A DNA stretch of 64,000 nt from Acidobacteriota bacterium. GTDB taxonomy: Bacteria > Acidobacteriota > UBA6911 > RPQK01 > JAJDTT01. The position numbers were made by a program, and so were the translations under genes. The notes under the pieces are model-generated. The model was given only the letters and a program-made list of their open reading frames with translations, searched no databases and was not told where the DNA came from. The stretch's first letter is position 1; every line of letters starts with the position of its first letter. Of the stretch, positions 10,998 to 20,880 are shown piece after piece. The stretch covers positions 3,648,001-3,712,000 of the forward strand of contig OZ253580.1 of NCBI GenBank assembly GCA_965263035.1, read 5' to 3'.

Positions 10998-11891
10998 ATG
11001 GCTGGGACCGTCCGATACGAGATCCGGCACGTTTCCCGGTACCGGTACGCATTCCCGGCCTGGGAATGCGTCATGTTGCTCTGCCTGAAGCCACGGAGCG
11101 ACGGTGGACAGCGGCTCCTTGGCTTCGATATCGAAGCGCGGCCTCGTGCTTCCATGACCGTTGAGACGGACCCCTTCGGCAACTCCCGGCATGTTCTCTA
11201 TCTTCACCGGCCGCACGATTTCCTGGAAATAGCCGCACGGTCTACGGTCGAACCTGCGACCCCGGCGCCCCTTCCGGGAAATCTCGGCGCCGATTCCTGG
11301 CGGGAGATTCTCTCTTGGAGAGAATCTTTCGATCATTGGCACTTCACCCATGCCAGCACTTTGGCCCGGCCGTCACCTCTACTGGAGGACTTCGTGGTCA
11401 GAAACGGCATCGAGCGGGGAGACGATCCTCTGGCAGGGCTGTTGCAGCTCTGCCAGAGCCTTTTCCGCAGCTTCGAGTATGTCCCGGGCAGCACCACCGT
11501 TGCGTCTCCCGTAGAGCACATCCTCGAATCGGGCCGTGGTGTCTGCCAGGACTACGCCCATGTCATGATCGCCATCGCACGTTCCTGGGGCATCCCCTCG
11601 CGGTACGTCTCCGGGTACCTGAACGAGACTGGCCAGCCTGGCGAGCAGGTGGTGGGGAACGCCACCCACGCCTGGGTCGAATGCCTGTTGCCGGGTCTGG
11701 GGTGGATCGGGTTCGACCCCACCAACGAGAGTCTGGTCGACCAGCGGCACGTCCGGACCGCGGTGGGCCGCGACTACCAGGACGTCTCGCCGACCCAAGG
11801 TGTTCGCCAGGGAGGTGGCGAAACCAGTCTCGAGGTGGATGTCCAGGTCGTCCAGAAAGGTGTGGGGGAAAGGGTTCCGCCGGAAATTTGA
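10998..11891 (+). CDS. Transglutaminase-like protein
   Basis: N-terminal YEIRHVSRYRY; catalytic GVCQDYAH, HAWVE, GFDPTN. Confidence 0.95.
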   Translation: MAGTVRYEIRHVSRYRYAFPAWECVMLLCLKPRSDGGQRLLGFDIEARPRASMTVETDPFGNSRHVLYLHRPHDFLEIAARSTVEPATPAPLPGNLGADSWREILSWRESFDHWHFTHASTLARPSPLLEDFVVRNGIERGDDPLAGLLQLCQSLFRSFEYVPGSTTVASPVEHILESGRGVCQDYAHVMIAIARSWGIPSRYVSGYLNETGQPGEQVVGNATHAWVECLLPGLGWIGFDPTNESLVDQRHVRTAVGRDYQDVSPTQGVRQGGGETSLEVDVQVVQKGVGERVPPEI

Positions 11892-11972
11892 GTATTGGAG
11901 AGTCGCCGGGCAATAGTCGAAGCCACCTGCGGTAGTTCCGCCGGTCGGAACTTCGACTTTCCCGGCCACACC

Positions 11973-13589
11973 ATGGCACACGCAATCCGAGTCCGGCCGG
12001 ACGTCAAGATCCCCATGAGGGACGGTGTGGAACTCTATGCCGCTCTCTACCACCCCGCCAAGGGCACTCGATTCCCCGTCTTGCTGATTCGGTCCCCGTA
12101 CGGAACCGAGTTTCCGCGCTACGTGAGCTGGATGGAACGGTTCGTGGAGCGAGGAGCCTGCGCCGCAGATGTCCATGAAACCCGCGGCGGTTACGACACG
12201 CAGCAATGGATCGGGACCCAACCTTGGTGTGACGGCAACATCGGGACTTTTGGAAGCTCCTATCCCGGCTACACACAGATCCTCCCGGCTACCCTTCGTT
12301 CACCCTGCGTCAAGGCTCTGGTTCCCATGGCCAACCAGGAGGACAACTACGGGCACCTCCGGTACGATGGTCTGCTCCAACTTCAGAACGCGATCAATTT
12401 CATCCGGATCGGGAGCCGGGAGGTCGAAAACCTGGTCAGCAGGTACCTGAACTTCGAGGAACTCTATCGGCGACTGCCGCTGCTCACTGCAACCGACGAC
12501 ATCGCCGAACGCCCCTTTTACAGGGAGATCATTCGCCACCCCCGATTCGACGAGTTCTGGCGTTCCTACAGCATGAAGGGCCGCTACCGGGAAGTCGACG
12601 TGCCCGCCTATTTCGTGACCGGCTGGTACGACAATCTGGTTCACGAGGGATTCAAATGCTTCACGGGTTGGAAGCAGGGGGCGCGGAGCCGGGAGACGCG
12701 CAGGCTCACCAAGATGATGGTGGGACCCTGGACCCATTCCGCGATCGGCAGCGCCGAACCGTTCGGCGACGTCGACTTCGGTTCCGACGCCGCGGTGGAC
12801 ATCCCCGAATTCCACCTCCGGTGGTACGACCAGCGCCTCCGGGGTATCGACACCGGAGGCGACGACGAGCCGTCGCTCTGTATCTTTGTCATGGGAGAAA
12901 ACAGGTGGCGGCAGGAAAAAGAGTGGCCCTTGGCCCGTACCCGTTACACTCGATGCTACCTTCACAGCGGCGGGAGAGCCAACGTCTTCACCGGGGACGG
13001 AAGGCTGACGTCGGACCCGCCGGGGGAGGAACCATCCGATTGCTACGACTACGATCCGCAGCACCCGGTTCCGACTCTGGGCGGCCAATCCATGTTCCTC
13101 GAGAATACGGGACCCAGGGAGCGGACGCCGGTCGAGTGCCGGGACGACGTATTGGTGTTCAGCTCCCATGCCCTGGAACGAGATCTGGAGGTCACCGGAC
13201 CCATACGTTTGACCCTCTACGCGGCTTCCAGTGCCCCGGACACGGACTTCACGGCGACCCTTGTCGACGTCCATCCCGACGGAAAGGCGATCTGCATCAG
13301 CGAGGGCATCGTGCGAACCCGTTTTCGGGATTCGTGGGAGGCTCCGACGCTTCTGACACCGGGTAGAATCTACTGCTTCCAGATTCCGATCTGGGAAACC
13401 AGTAATCTGTTCCGGGCCGGCCACCGCCTCCGCTTGGAGGTTTCCAGCAGCAACTTCCCTCGATTCGACCGGAATCTCAACAGCGGAGGCGACGCCGGAA
13501 CGGAAACCCGCTTTCGGACCGCCCGGCAGACGGTGTATCACACGCCCCGGTATCCGTCCCACATCACTTTGCCGGTCATTCCCCGATGA
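11973..13589 (+). CDS. CocE/NonD family serine hydrolase (possible short internal deletion)
   Basis: IPMRDGVEL, RSPYG, nucleophile GSSYPG, GWYD, GPWTH, SSSNFPRFDRN. Confidence 0.88.
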   Translation: MAHAIRVRPDVKIPMRDGVELYAALYHPAKGTRFPVLLIRSPYGTEFPRYVSWMERFVERGACAADVHETRGGYDTQQWIGTQPWCDGNIGTFGSSYPGYTQILPATLRSPCVKALVPMANQEDNYGHLRYDGLLQLQNAINFIRIGSREVENLVSRYLNFEELYRRLPLLTATDDIAERPFYREIIRHPRFDEFWRSYSMKGRYREVDVPAYFVTGWYDNLVHEGFKCFTGWKQGARSRETRRLTKMMVGPWTHSAIGSAEPFGDVDFGSDAAVDIPEFHLRWYDQRLRGIDTGGDDEPSLCIFVMGENRWRQEKEWPLARTRYTRCYLHSGGRANVFTGDGRLTSDPPGEEPSDCYDYDPQHPVPTLGGQSMFLENTGPRERTPVECRDDVLVFSSHALERDLEVTGPIRLTLYAASSAPDTDFTATLVDVHPDGKAICISEGIVRTRFRDSWEAPTLLTPGRIYCFQIPIWETSNLFRAGHRLRLEVSSSNFPRFDRNLNSGGDAGTETRFRTARQTVYHTPRYPSHITLPVIPR

Positions 13590-13606
13590 AGGGGAGCGCA
13601 GCACCA

Positions 13607-13744
13607 ATGCGAATCCGTGCCGATGTCGGAGGCCGGGACGGATCCTTGCTGTTGGACCAGTACGATTCGACCATCCTGATGCCGCCCGGTACCCGGGCCC
13701 ATCCGGGCAGTCTTGGAAACATGGTCATGGAGTTGCCAGTCTGA
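13607..13744 (+). pseudogene. Hydantoinase A/oxoprolinase subunit remnant with most of the gene deleted
   Basis: 45-codon ORF after RBS AAGGGGAG: MRIRADVGG (HyuA-like N-terminus) fused to GSLLLDQYDSTILMPPG...GNMVME (HyuA-like C-terminus), directly before the B subunit. Confidence 0.75.
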
Positions 13745-13747
13745 GAA

Positions 13748-15475
13748 ATGCGCTCAAGAGTCGACCCCATCACTCGTGAAATCGTTCAGAACGCGCTCTC
13801 CTCGGGTGCGGACGAGATGGCGCTGGCCCTTTACCGCACCGCCTACTCCACCATCGTCAGGGACTGCCTGGATTACTCCACCTCCCTGTGCAACGCACGC
13901 GGGGAGATGATCGCCCAAGGCGTCACCATACCGCTGCACCTGGGTTCGGTGCCGCACGCCATGGAAACCCTCCTGGAGAAGTACGGCCGGAAGATGGAGC
14001 CGGGGGATGTCTTCATCATGAACGATCCCTTCGGCGGGGGGATGCACATACCTGATATCTACGTGGTGAAACCTGTTTTCTGGGAAGGGGAAATCGTCTG
14101 CTTCGCCGTGACGACGGCCCACCATCTGGACCTGGGGGGGAGATTGCCGGGAAGTTCGGCCTGCGACAACACGGAGATATTCCAGGAGGGGCTGCGCATC
14201 CCCTGGCTCAAGCTCCATCACCGGGGGGATCCGGACGAAGCGATCTTCGCCCTGCTGCGCACCAACGTCCGGGTGCCCGAGAAAACCGTGGGGGATCTCC
14301 GGGCACAGGTCGCCGCCTGCAATATCGGAGAGCAGGCAGTGAGGCGACTCATCGTTCGCTATGGCGCCGAGACCCTCTCTGCCTGCGGCGACGATCTCAT
14401 CGACTACACGGAAGAACTCATGCGCGCCGAGATCGCGTCCTGGCCCGACGGAACCAGCACCTTCGTGGACTATATGGACAGCGACGGCGTCGGCGGGCCC
14501 CGGGTTCGTTTCCAGGTCACCGTCACCATAGAGGACGACACCTTCACCGCTGATTTCAGAGGAACCGACCCTCAGGTCCGGGGCGCTCTCAATTCGACTC
14601 GCTCTTTCACCTGCGGGGCAGTGGCCGTGTGTGTGCGATGCGCCATGAGCGGGGATGTGCCCAACACGGCCGGGATGTTCCGTCCTCTGAACATCATCAC
14701 CGAACCGGGCACCGTCGCGGAGGTCGTGATGCCGGGAGCCTCTTCAATGCGCGGCGTGACCGGATTTCGCATGGTGGACACGATCTTCGGAGCCATGGCC
14801 GGGCTCCTTCCCGATCGCATCCTGGCCGCCGGAGAGGGCGGAAACACCCTGGTCGTTTTCGGGGGCCGCCACCGGGACCGGTCTCCCTACATCTACTACG
14901 AGTCGGTCACCGGCACCTGGGGAGGCCGGCCGGGGATGGACGGCAACGATGGTCTCTGCAATCCCATCGTCGTGGCCAGCAACATCCCGGTGGAGCAGGC
15001 GGAAGCCGAATACCCGGTGCGAATTCGGCGTTACGGCCTGGTGGGGGATACCGGAGGACCTGGAAAATACAGAGGAGGATTGGCCGTGGAACGGGAGTGG
15101 GAACTGCTGGAGGGCGAAACCCATCTCGCGATACGCTCCGACCGCCGCGATCATCTCCCCTACGGCTTATGCTCCGGGAAACCGGGAAAAGGTTCGATCA
15201 ACGTCCTCTACCGAAAGGACGGCAGCCAAGAAGTGCTCCCGGTCATGATCTCTACGACGATGAAAGCGGGCGAAGTCCTTTATCATCGGCAGGCTGGGGG
15301 CGGCGGATGGGGAGACCCGCTGGAACGGTCACCCGAATCGGTGCTGCGGGACGTGAAGAACGAGAAGGTTTCGCTCCGTTCCGCCCGGGAAGACTACGGC
15401 GTCACCTTGGATTTGGAGGACTGTCGGACCGGCGAGAGGGCTCAGGGTCGAAAACGGCAGCGACGAATGAAGTGA
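13748..15475 (+). CDS. Hydantoinase B/oxoprolinase family protein
   Basis: DPITREIVQN, TAYSTIVRDCLDYS, NDPFGGGMHIPD, HHLDLGG, QEGLRIP, GGGGWGDP. Confidence 0.93.
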   Translation: MRSRVDPITREIVQNALSSGADEMALALYRTAYSTIVRDCLDYSTSLCNARGEMIAQGVTIPLHLGSVPHAMETLLEKYGRKMEPGDVFIMNDPFGGGMHIPDIYVVKPVFWEGEIVCFAVTTAHHLDLGGRLPGSSACDNTEIFQEGLRIPWLKLHHRGDPDEAIFALLRTNVRVPEKTVGDLRAQVAACNIGEQAVRRLIVRYGAETLSACGDDLIDYTEELMRAEIASWPDGTSTFVDYMDSDGVGGPRVRFQVTVTIEDDTFTADFRGTDPQVRGALNSTRSFTCGAVAVCVRCAMSGDVPNTAGMFRPLNIITEPGTVAEVVMPGASSMRGVTGFRMVDTIFGAMAGLLPDRILAAGEGGNTLVVFGGRHRDRSPYIYYESVTGTWGGRPGMDGNDGLCNPIVVASNIPVEQAEAEYPVRIRRYGLVGDTGGPGKYRGGLAVEREWELLEGETHLAIRSDRRDHLPYGLCSGKPGKGSINVLYRKDGSQEVLPVMISTTMKAGEVLYHRQAGGGGWGDPLERSPESVLRDVKNEKVSLRSAREDYGVTLDLEDCRTGERAQGRKRQRRMK

Positions 15476-15844
15476 AAGGGGAGATGTCGAACCGGTGCCT
15501 GGGTGGCCTCATCCCACCGGGTAAATGTCGCGGCAGGGGGGGGAAGAGAAGAACTGGTTCCGGTATTGTTACACGGGGGTCCTCTGCCGGGCGGAGGTCC
15601 GGCGAGTTTGTTCACCGGCTGGTGCCGAATGCGGACGGGTGCGCAAGTAACCATGAAGATTCACGATGACGGAGTTTTCCAAGTTGCTGGTAGCCCGGCG
15701 GAAAAGGTGCGACGGCGGCAGGCCGATTGCCGGTCGGCAGACGGCTCGGCTTCGAAGCCCCGTAGTGGAGACGACCCGGAAGGCAACCAAACCTTCGGCA
15801 CTTTTCTGAACCTCCCGAATTTTCCGTTTCCGGTGAAGTGGGCA

Positions 15845-17170
15845 ATGCTGGCCGGCGCCATCTGGCTGCTGTCGTCGACGGCCGTTCTCAGCAGTGACGA
15901 CGAGGAGAAAAAAACCGCCGAGAAGCCTCCGGTCACGGTCGATCGGGCCTTGGGGAATGACCTGCCAAGCTGGGTCGATCTTTCCGGCGAGTTCCGGGTC
16001 CGCTACGAGGGTCGGCGGGCATTGGGCTACCGGCAAGGAAGCGACGACGGATACGGTCTGATCCGGACCCGTCTCGATTTGGGGATCACCCCTGTCTCTT
16101 GGCTGAAGTTCGGGTTTCAGGGACAGGATGCCGGTGCTCCGGGCATCCGTGACGGGTTGCCGAACATCGGAGTCTTCCGTGACGGGTTCGACTTGCGGCA
16201 GGCGTACGCTCAGATTGGGAGTGAAAAATCGCCGGTCACGTTGACTGTGGGCCGCCAGGTCCTGGCCTATGGAGATCAGCGTCTCATAGGCGCGTTGAAT
16301 TGGACGAACACCTCCCGAGCCTTCGACGCGGTGAAGCTCCAGTTCCGCGGCGACGGCGCCCGGGTCGATGTCTTCTCGGCGCAAGTGGTGCAGAACGACC
16401 CCGCCGTGCGAATCAACCGCTCGATGGAAGGGAACAACTTGCATGGCGTGTATGGCGCCATCGAAAACGTGATCCCTGGTTCCACCCTGGAACCTTACCT
16501 CCTATGGCAGTCGATCCGGTCCGTCGTCAACGAGTTGAACCAGAGAGGCGATCTCAACCGCTACACCATGGGATTGAGAGTGTGGGCGAAGGGTCTCGGC
16601 CCCTGGGACTACAACCTGGCCCTGGTCCGGCAGCGGGGCGATTTGGCTGGTGCGGAAATCCAGGCCTGGGGCTACTACGCTGAATTGGGCTATTCCATCG
16701 ATGCCGAATCGAGCCCGCGACTCTATGTTCATTACAACTTTGGCTCGGGTGACGAGGATGGCAGCGATGGCCGGGTCGGCGGCTTTGTGGACATTTATCC
16801 CACCGCCCACTTCCTGTACGGCTACAATGACCTTGTGGGCTGGCGCAATCTGAAGAACATCCGACTCGGAGCCGAGTTCAAGCCCCATCCGAAATTTGGA
16901 CTGCAATTCGATTTCCACTCCTTCTGGCTGGCCACAGGGAATGACGCCCTCTACACCGTGGCAGGGGCATTGTCCGTTGCGCCGCCGCCCGGAGGAGCCA
17001 CCGACCTGAAGGTCGGGAACGAGCTGGACGCCGTGTTCACCGTACCGGTTTCGAAGGCCGTGAGCCTGAGCGGCGGCATTGGCTACATGTTCCCTGGACC
17101 GTTTCTCAAGGCCAATACGCCGGGGGATGGGAACACCTTCTCCTACCTGGTCGCGTCGTACAAATTCTGA
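15845..17170 (+). CDS. Alginate-export family outer-membrane beta-barrel (start uncertain)
   Basis: Signal peptide; GEFRVRYE, DLRQAY, VGRQVLAYGDQRLIG, C-terminal YKF. Confidence 0.82.
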   Translation: MLAGAIWLLSSTAVLSSDDEEKKTAEKPPVTVDRALGNDLPSWVDLSGEFRVRYEGRRALGYRQGSDDGYGLIRTRLDLGITPVSWLKFGFQGQDAGAPGIRDGLPNIGVFRDGFDLRQAYAQIGSEKSPVTLTVGRQVLAYGDQRLIGALNWTNTSRAFDAVKLQFRGDGARVDVFSAQVVQNDPAVRINRSMEGNNLHGVYGAIENVIPGSTLEPYLLWQSIRSVVNELNQRGDLNRYTMGLRVWAKGLGPWDYNLALVRQRGDLAGAEIQAWGYYAELGYSIDAESSPRLYVHYNFGSGDEDGSDGRVGGFVDIYPTAHFLYGYNDLVGWRNLKNIRLGAEFKPHPKFGLQFDFHSFWLATGNDALYTVAGALSVAPPPGGATDLKVGNELDAVFTVPVSKAVSLSGGIGYMFPGPFLKANTPGDGNTFSYLVASYKF

Positions 17171-17250
17171 CGCCGGGGTGGATCGGCGGCCTTGGTCTTC
17201 GCCGCAACGACATCCGGACCTGACGCTTTGGGCCGGGCTGCCGCCGGCTC

Positions 17251-17988
17251 CTATACCTGAGGCCTCTCCAACAGGACGGTGACCCCCATATCCAGGTATT
17301 TCTGGCGGGTATCGGGCGTGTAGTTTCGGAAGCAGACCTTGGTCTCGGATCCTCGAAGCTGCTCGCAGATGTGCCGGACACAGTCGTCGACGCTCTTGAA
17401 CGGGTGGTGGGGGTGGCTCTCCAGGCTGAAGGTCAGGTCCATGGGTCCGAAGGAGAGGCAGTCGACGCCCGGCTGAGCCAGTTGCCGGGCCGCAGTCACC
17501 GCCGCCACCGACTCGATCTGCATCCAGAGGACTCCCGTTTCCCCCCACCAGCGCCGGTACTCCCGATGATCGATCTCGGGATCCCAATTCAGCCGGTGAA
17601 AGCCGCCCCAACTGCGGACTCCCTGCGGAGCGTAGTAAAAGTTGTCCACTGCTTCACGAACAGTGTCCACGGTCTCGACCTGTGGAACCTCGATGCCTGC
17701 CGGGCCCAGATCCAGTACGTTTCCAATGAGGTAGGTATGCCGCGTGTGCTTGATGCGAAAATGCACCGGCATGTCCAGTTCGGCGGCCACTGTGCAGAAC
17801 CGGATCAGGTTCGTTTCATTGTAGGCGTCGTGCTGGCTGTCGACCCACAGGAAGTCATAAGAGTCGGCCTCGACGATGGAACGGAGTGTGTCCCCGTCGC
17901 TGTCGGGTGAAGCGGAAACGCCAACGATGGTTTCGCCGGAGTGGATGCGTTTCTTCAGAGCTGTAGCGCGGTCGCTGATTGACGGCAT
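17251..17988 (-). CDS. HpcH/HpaI aldolase/citrate lyase family protein
   Basis: YDFLWVDSQH, VLDLGPAGIEVPQVET, MQIES, FGPMDL; RBS AGGAGG before the ATG at 17988. Confidence 0.88.
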   Translation of the reverse strand: MPSISDRATALKKRIHSGETIVGVSASPDSDGDTLRSIVEADSYDFLWVDSQHDAYNETNLIRFCTVAAELDMPVHFRIKHTRHTYLIGNVLDLGPAGIEVPQVETVDTVREAVDNFYYAPQGVRSWGGFHRLNWDPEIDHREYRRWWGETGVLWMQIESVAAVTAARQLAQPGVDCLSFGPMDLTFSLESHPHHPFKSVDDCVRHICEQLRGSETKVCFRNYTPDTRQKYLDMGVTVLLERPQV

Positions 17989-18154
17989 TGTGATCCTCCT
18001 GTCGGGGCGGTCAGCCAAGAAAAGGTCAGATTATACACAGCGGAAGGGAAGGAGAAGAGGGTAGTGAAAGGTGTGCCGGGGTGCCGCGACGCGCCTCGGC
18101 GCGGGCTGGTAGACTCTCGCGGATCGAATCCGCCACTGAAGAACGAGGTGAACC

Positions 18155-19036
18155 ATGCGAAGACTGCCAGTTGGTCCTCTCTACTACGAGTACAGCCGGC
18201 ACAATGAGGTGCGTCTACGGATCGAGCCTGGAGAAAGGGTGCTGGTAGAGGCCGAAGATGCGTTTTCGGGGCAGGTTCGAACCAACGAGGATCGCCGCGA
18301 CCGGAAGGCGATCCCCTTCGGCAACCCGCAGACCGGTCCCATTTATGTCAACGGAGCGCAACCGGGGGATGCGCTGGCCGTCCATATCCACGAGATTCGC
18401 CCCAGCATCGGCCAATGCGCCACCCGTACCAGCGATCCCAGGCAGCTCGCCGAGTGGATCGGCACGGACTGTCCCCACGGCACTCACGTCTGCCCCATCC
18501 GCGACGGAAAGATCTACTGGAGCGACGAGATCACGATTCCGTATCGTCCCATGCTGGGTTGCATCGGGACGGCTCCGGACACGGGCGTGCCCACCACCGG
18601 ACCGGCGGGACCCCACGGGGGCAACATGGATATCATCGAGACCGGGCCCGGCAGCACTGTCTATCTGCCGGTCTACGTTCCGGGAGCCTACCTCTATCTC
18701 GGAGACGCCCACGCCGCCATGGGACACGGTGAGCTTTCGGCCAGTGGGCTCGAAATGCCTTCGGAGACGGTCATCACCGTGGACCTGATCCCCGGAAAGA
18801 CAATACCCGGACCCCGAATCGTGTCGGCGGAAGAGATCATGACCGTGGCCACCGGCTGTCCCATGGAACGCGCCACGGCTCAGGCTTACGCCTGGCTCAT
18901 CCTCTGGATGGAGGAGGAGTATGGCTGGAATCGCTGGAAGGCGTACGACCTGCTGACGCACGTGGGACGGATCTCGGTCGGCTATTACGCCATCGGGACG
19001 GTCGCCGCCAAGATCGCCAAGAAATATCTGGTTTGA
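18155..19036 (+). CDS. Acetamidase/formamidase family protein
   Basis: NPQTGPIYVNGAQPGDAL, HGGNMD, GDAHAAMGHGE. Confidence 0.92.
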   Translation: MRRLPVGPLYYEYSRHNEVRLRIEPGERVLVEAEDAFSGQVRTNEDRRDRKAIPFGNPQTGPIYVNGAQPGDALAVHIHEIRPSIGQCATRTSDPRQLAEWIGTDCPHGTHVCPIRDGKIYWSDEITIPYRPMLGCIGTAPDTGVPTTGPAGPHGGNMDIIETGPGSTVYLPVYVPGAYLYLGDAHAAMGHGELSASGLEMPSETVITVDLIPGKTIPGPRIVSAEEIMTVATGCPMERATAQAYAWLILWMEEEYGWNRWKAYDLLTHVGRISVGYYAIGTVAAKIAKKYLV

Positions 19037-19093
19037 GGGGCCCGGCAGGGTGCCGGGTCCGCACTCGGACATGCCGGGCCGCGCCGGAGCCAC

Positions 19094-19594
19094 TTACATC
19101 ACGGATTTCAACAGCTTCGGAGTGACGAACCAGACCAGGCTCCCCTCGCCCCAACGGACACTCCCCCACCGGTCCCGCGGCAGGTCGATCCTGGCCATGG
19201 CTGCGGTGGGAAACCTGATCTGGGCTCTCCCGATGAGGCGGCCGGCCAGCACGGAACAGGTGGGTTGGTGGCTGGCCAAAAGCAGGCGGGAATGGGAATC
19301 GGAGCAGCCCCGGATGATCTCCAACAGCTGGTCCGAGGTGGTGTCGTACAGGTCGCGCGTTGCTTCGATGGGACACGGCCAAGCGCCGGCTTGGGCGGCC
19401 AGTTCCACGGTCCGCCACGCCCGGACCGCAGAGGAGGAGATCACCCGGTCCGGGACCTGGCCCAACCGGGCCAGGTAACGTCCCATCCGTTCCGCGGCGG
19501 CGATACCGCGCCGCGCCAGCGGTCGATCGTGGTCGACGGCATACGCGGCGTTCCAATCCGATTTGGCATGCCGAAAAATGAGCAGTTGTTTCAT
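19094..19594 (-). CDS. sixA: Histidine phosphatase, SixA-like
   Basis: RHAKSDW...DHDRPL..RG, SSAVRA, HQP. Confidence 0.88.
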   Translation of the reverse strand: MKQLLIFRHAKSDWNAAYAVDHDRPLARRGIAAAERMGRYLARLGQVPDRVISSSAVRAWRTVELAAQAGAWPCPIEATRDLYDTTSDQLLEIIRGCSDSHSRLLLASHQPTCSVLAGRLIGRAQIRFPTAAMARIDLPRDRWGSVRWGEGSLVWFVTPKLLKSVM

Positions 19595-19622
19595 GACCCG
19601 CTGAATCCTGCCATCATCCCAC

Positions 19623-20663
19623 TTGCAGCCAGTCTACTACGGCCGAGCGTCGAGCCTGCAAGCCAGGGAGAGTGGAGATCGTTCTGCCGGGATCAACGTC
19701 AGATCCGGGTCGCCTGCAGCTCCAGGGAATCCGGCTCGGATCCAGGACCGCCTCGTGCGCTACTCATCCAGACCGACGCTGGAATTGTCGCCCGGAATGC
19801 CGGCCCATGAGGCTCTTGGTAAGATCCATTTGGCTCTGCTGAGCGCGATCCTCCGCAACCAGGAGGGTGTGCTCGGGAGTCGGGACCCGGAGTTCCTGCA
19901 CGATTTTCGCGTCGCCGTACGCCGAGCTCGATCGGCCCTGACCCAGGTCAAGGGAGTCTTCCCGGCAGGGGAGGCCGAACGCATCAAGGTCGTGCTCTCG
20001 TCCATGACCCGCGTGACCGGCCCTTCCCGGGATCTGGATGTCTTTCTGGAGAAGCTGGAGGCCTATGAGTCCGGCCTCTCGGAGCGGATCCGGCAAGAAC
20101 TGGTCCCGGTCAAGGAATTGGCCCGGCGCCGGCGCAGAGACCAGCGGCCCGTCCTGGCAAGGGTCCTGAACTCGGTGTCCTGGGCGGAAGCGGTAGGACG
20201 ATGGGAAGAGTTCCTGGTCTCGGGAACCGACCCCCAGGCGCTTCCCAAGAAGGGCCGAAGACCGCTTGGAGCCGTCGCCTCCAAGCGGATTCGGAAGGCC
20301 TATCGCCGGGTCACACGCAGAGAGAGTCTCGCCGGATTGGAGATCGAGTCGTTGCATCGGCTTCGGATCGACTGCAAGAAGCTCCGCTACCTGCTCGAGT
20401 TCTTTAGCAGCCTCTATCCGGCCCGGGAGGCGGCTTCCTCGATCAAGAGTCTCAAGTCTCTACAGGGCGTGCTTGGAGATATTCATGACTTGGCGGTCCA
20501 TCGGGAGATGGCACGGCGAATCTGGACGGAAATTCGTCCTCGACCCGAATCTTCAGTGGGTCTGGATCAGCTGGAGCGCCGCCTGGAGCAGCTTCAATCC
20601 CAGGCCCAAGACGCGACGGAGGAGAGGTTCCGGCGGTTCTGCGCCCAAGCTACTCCTTGGTGA
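19623..20663 (+). CDS. CHAD-domain (polyphosphate-binding) protein; start uncertain
   Basis: LHDFRVAVRRARS, RDLDV, LHRLRIDCKKLRY, LQGVLGDIHD. Confidence 0.9.
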   Translation: MQPVYYGRASSLQARESGDRSAGINVRSGSPAAPGNPARIQDRLVRYSSRPTLELSPGMPAHEALGKIHLALLSAILRNQEGVLGSRDPEFLHDFRVAVRRARSALTQVKGVFPAGEAERIKVVLSSMTRVTGPSRDLDVFLEKLEAYESGLSERIRQELVPVKELARRRRRDQRPVLARVLNSVSWAEAVGRWEEFLVSGTDPQALPKKGRRPLGAVASKRIRKAYRRVTRRESLAGLEIESLHRLRIDCKKLRYLLEFFSSLYPAREAASSIKSLKSLQGVLGDIHDLAVHREMARRIWTEIRPRPESSVGLDQLERRLEQLQSQAQDATEERFRRFCAQATPW

Positions 20664-20695
20664 GTCGCGGAAGGCGGTGTGGGCGAAGAATGGTG

Positions 20696-20857
20696 CCAGC
20701 CCGTGGCAAAAGTCGTCACGGCATTCGACCGTCCCCGCATCGTGCGCGGACTGTGTTGCGACTCGGTCACCTACTCCCGGTATGCTCCCTCCGTTGCGCC
20801 TGGTCCGGCGGGCGCAGGAGCGGTCTCGGCGCTCGCGGGACTTTCACCACGGACTGG
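20696..20857. repeat. About 162-bp intergenic MITE/REP-like element with terminal inverted repeats
   Basis: Ends CCAGCCCGTGGCAAAAGTC and GACTTTCACCACGGACTGG; partial inverted copy at 22397-22452. Confidence 0.7.
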
Positions 20858-20880
20858 TAGCGATTCCGCGCGGATTCGGA

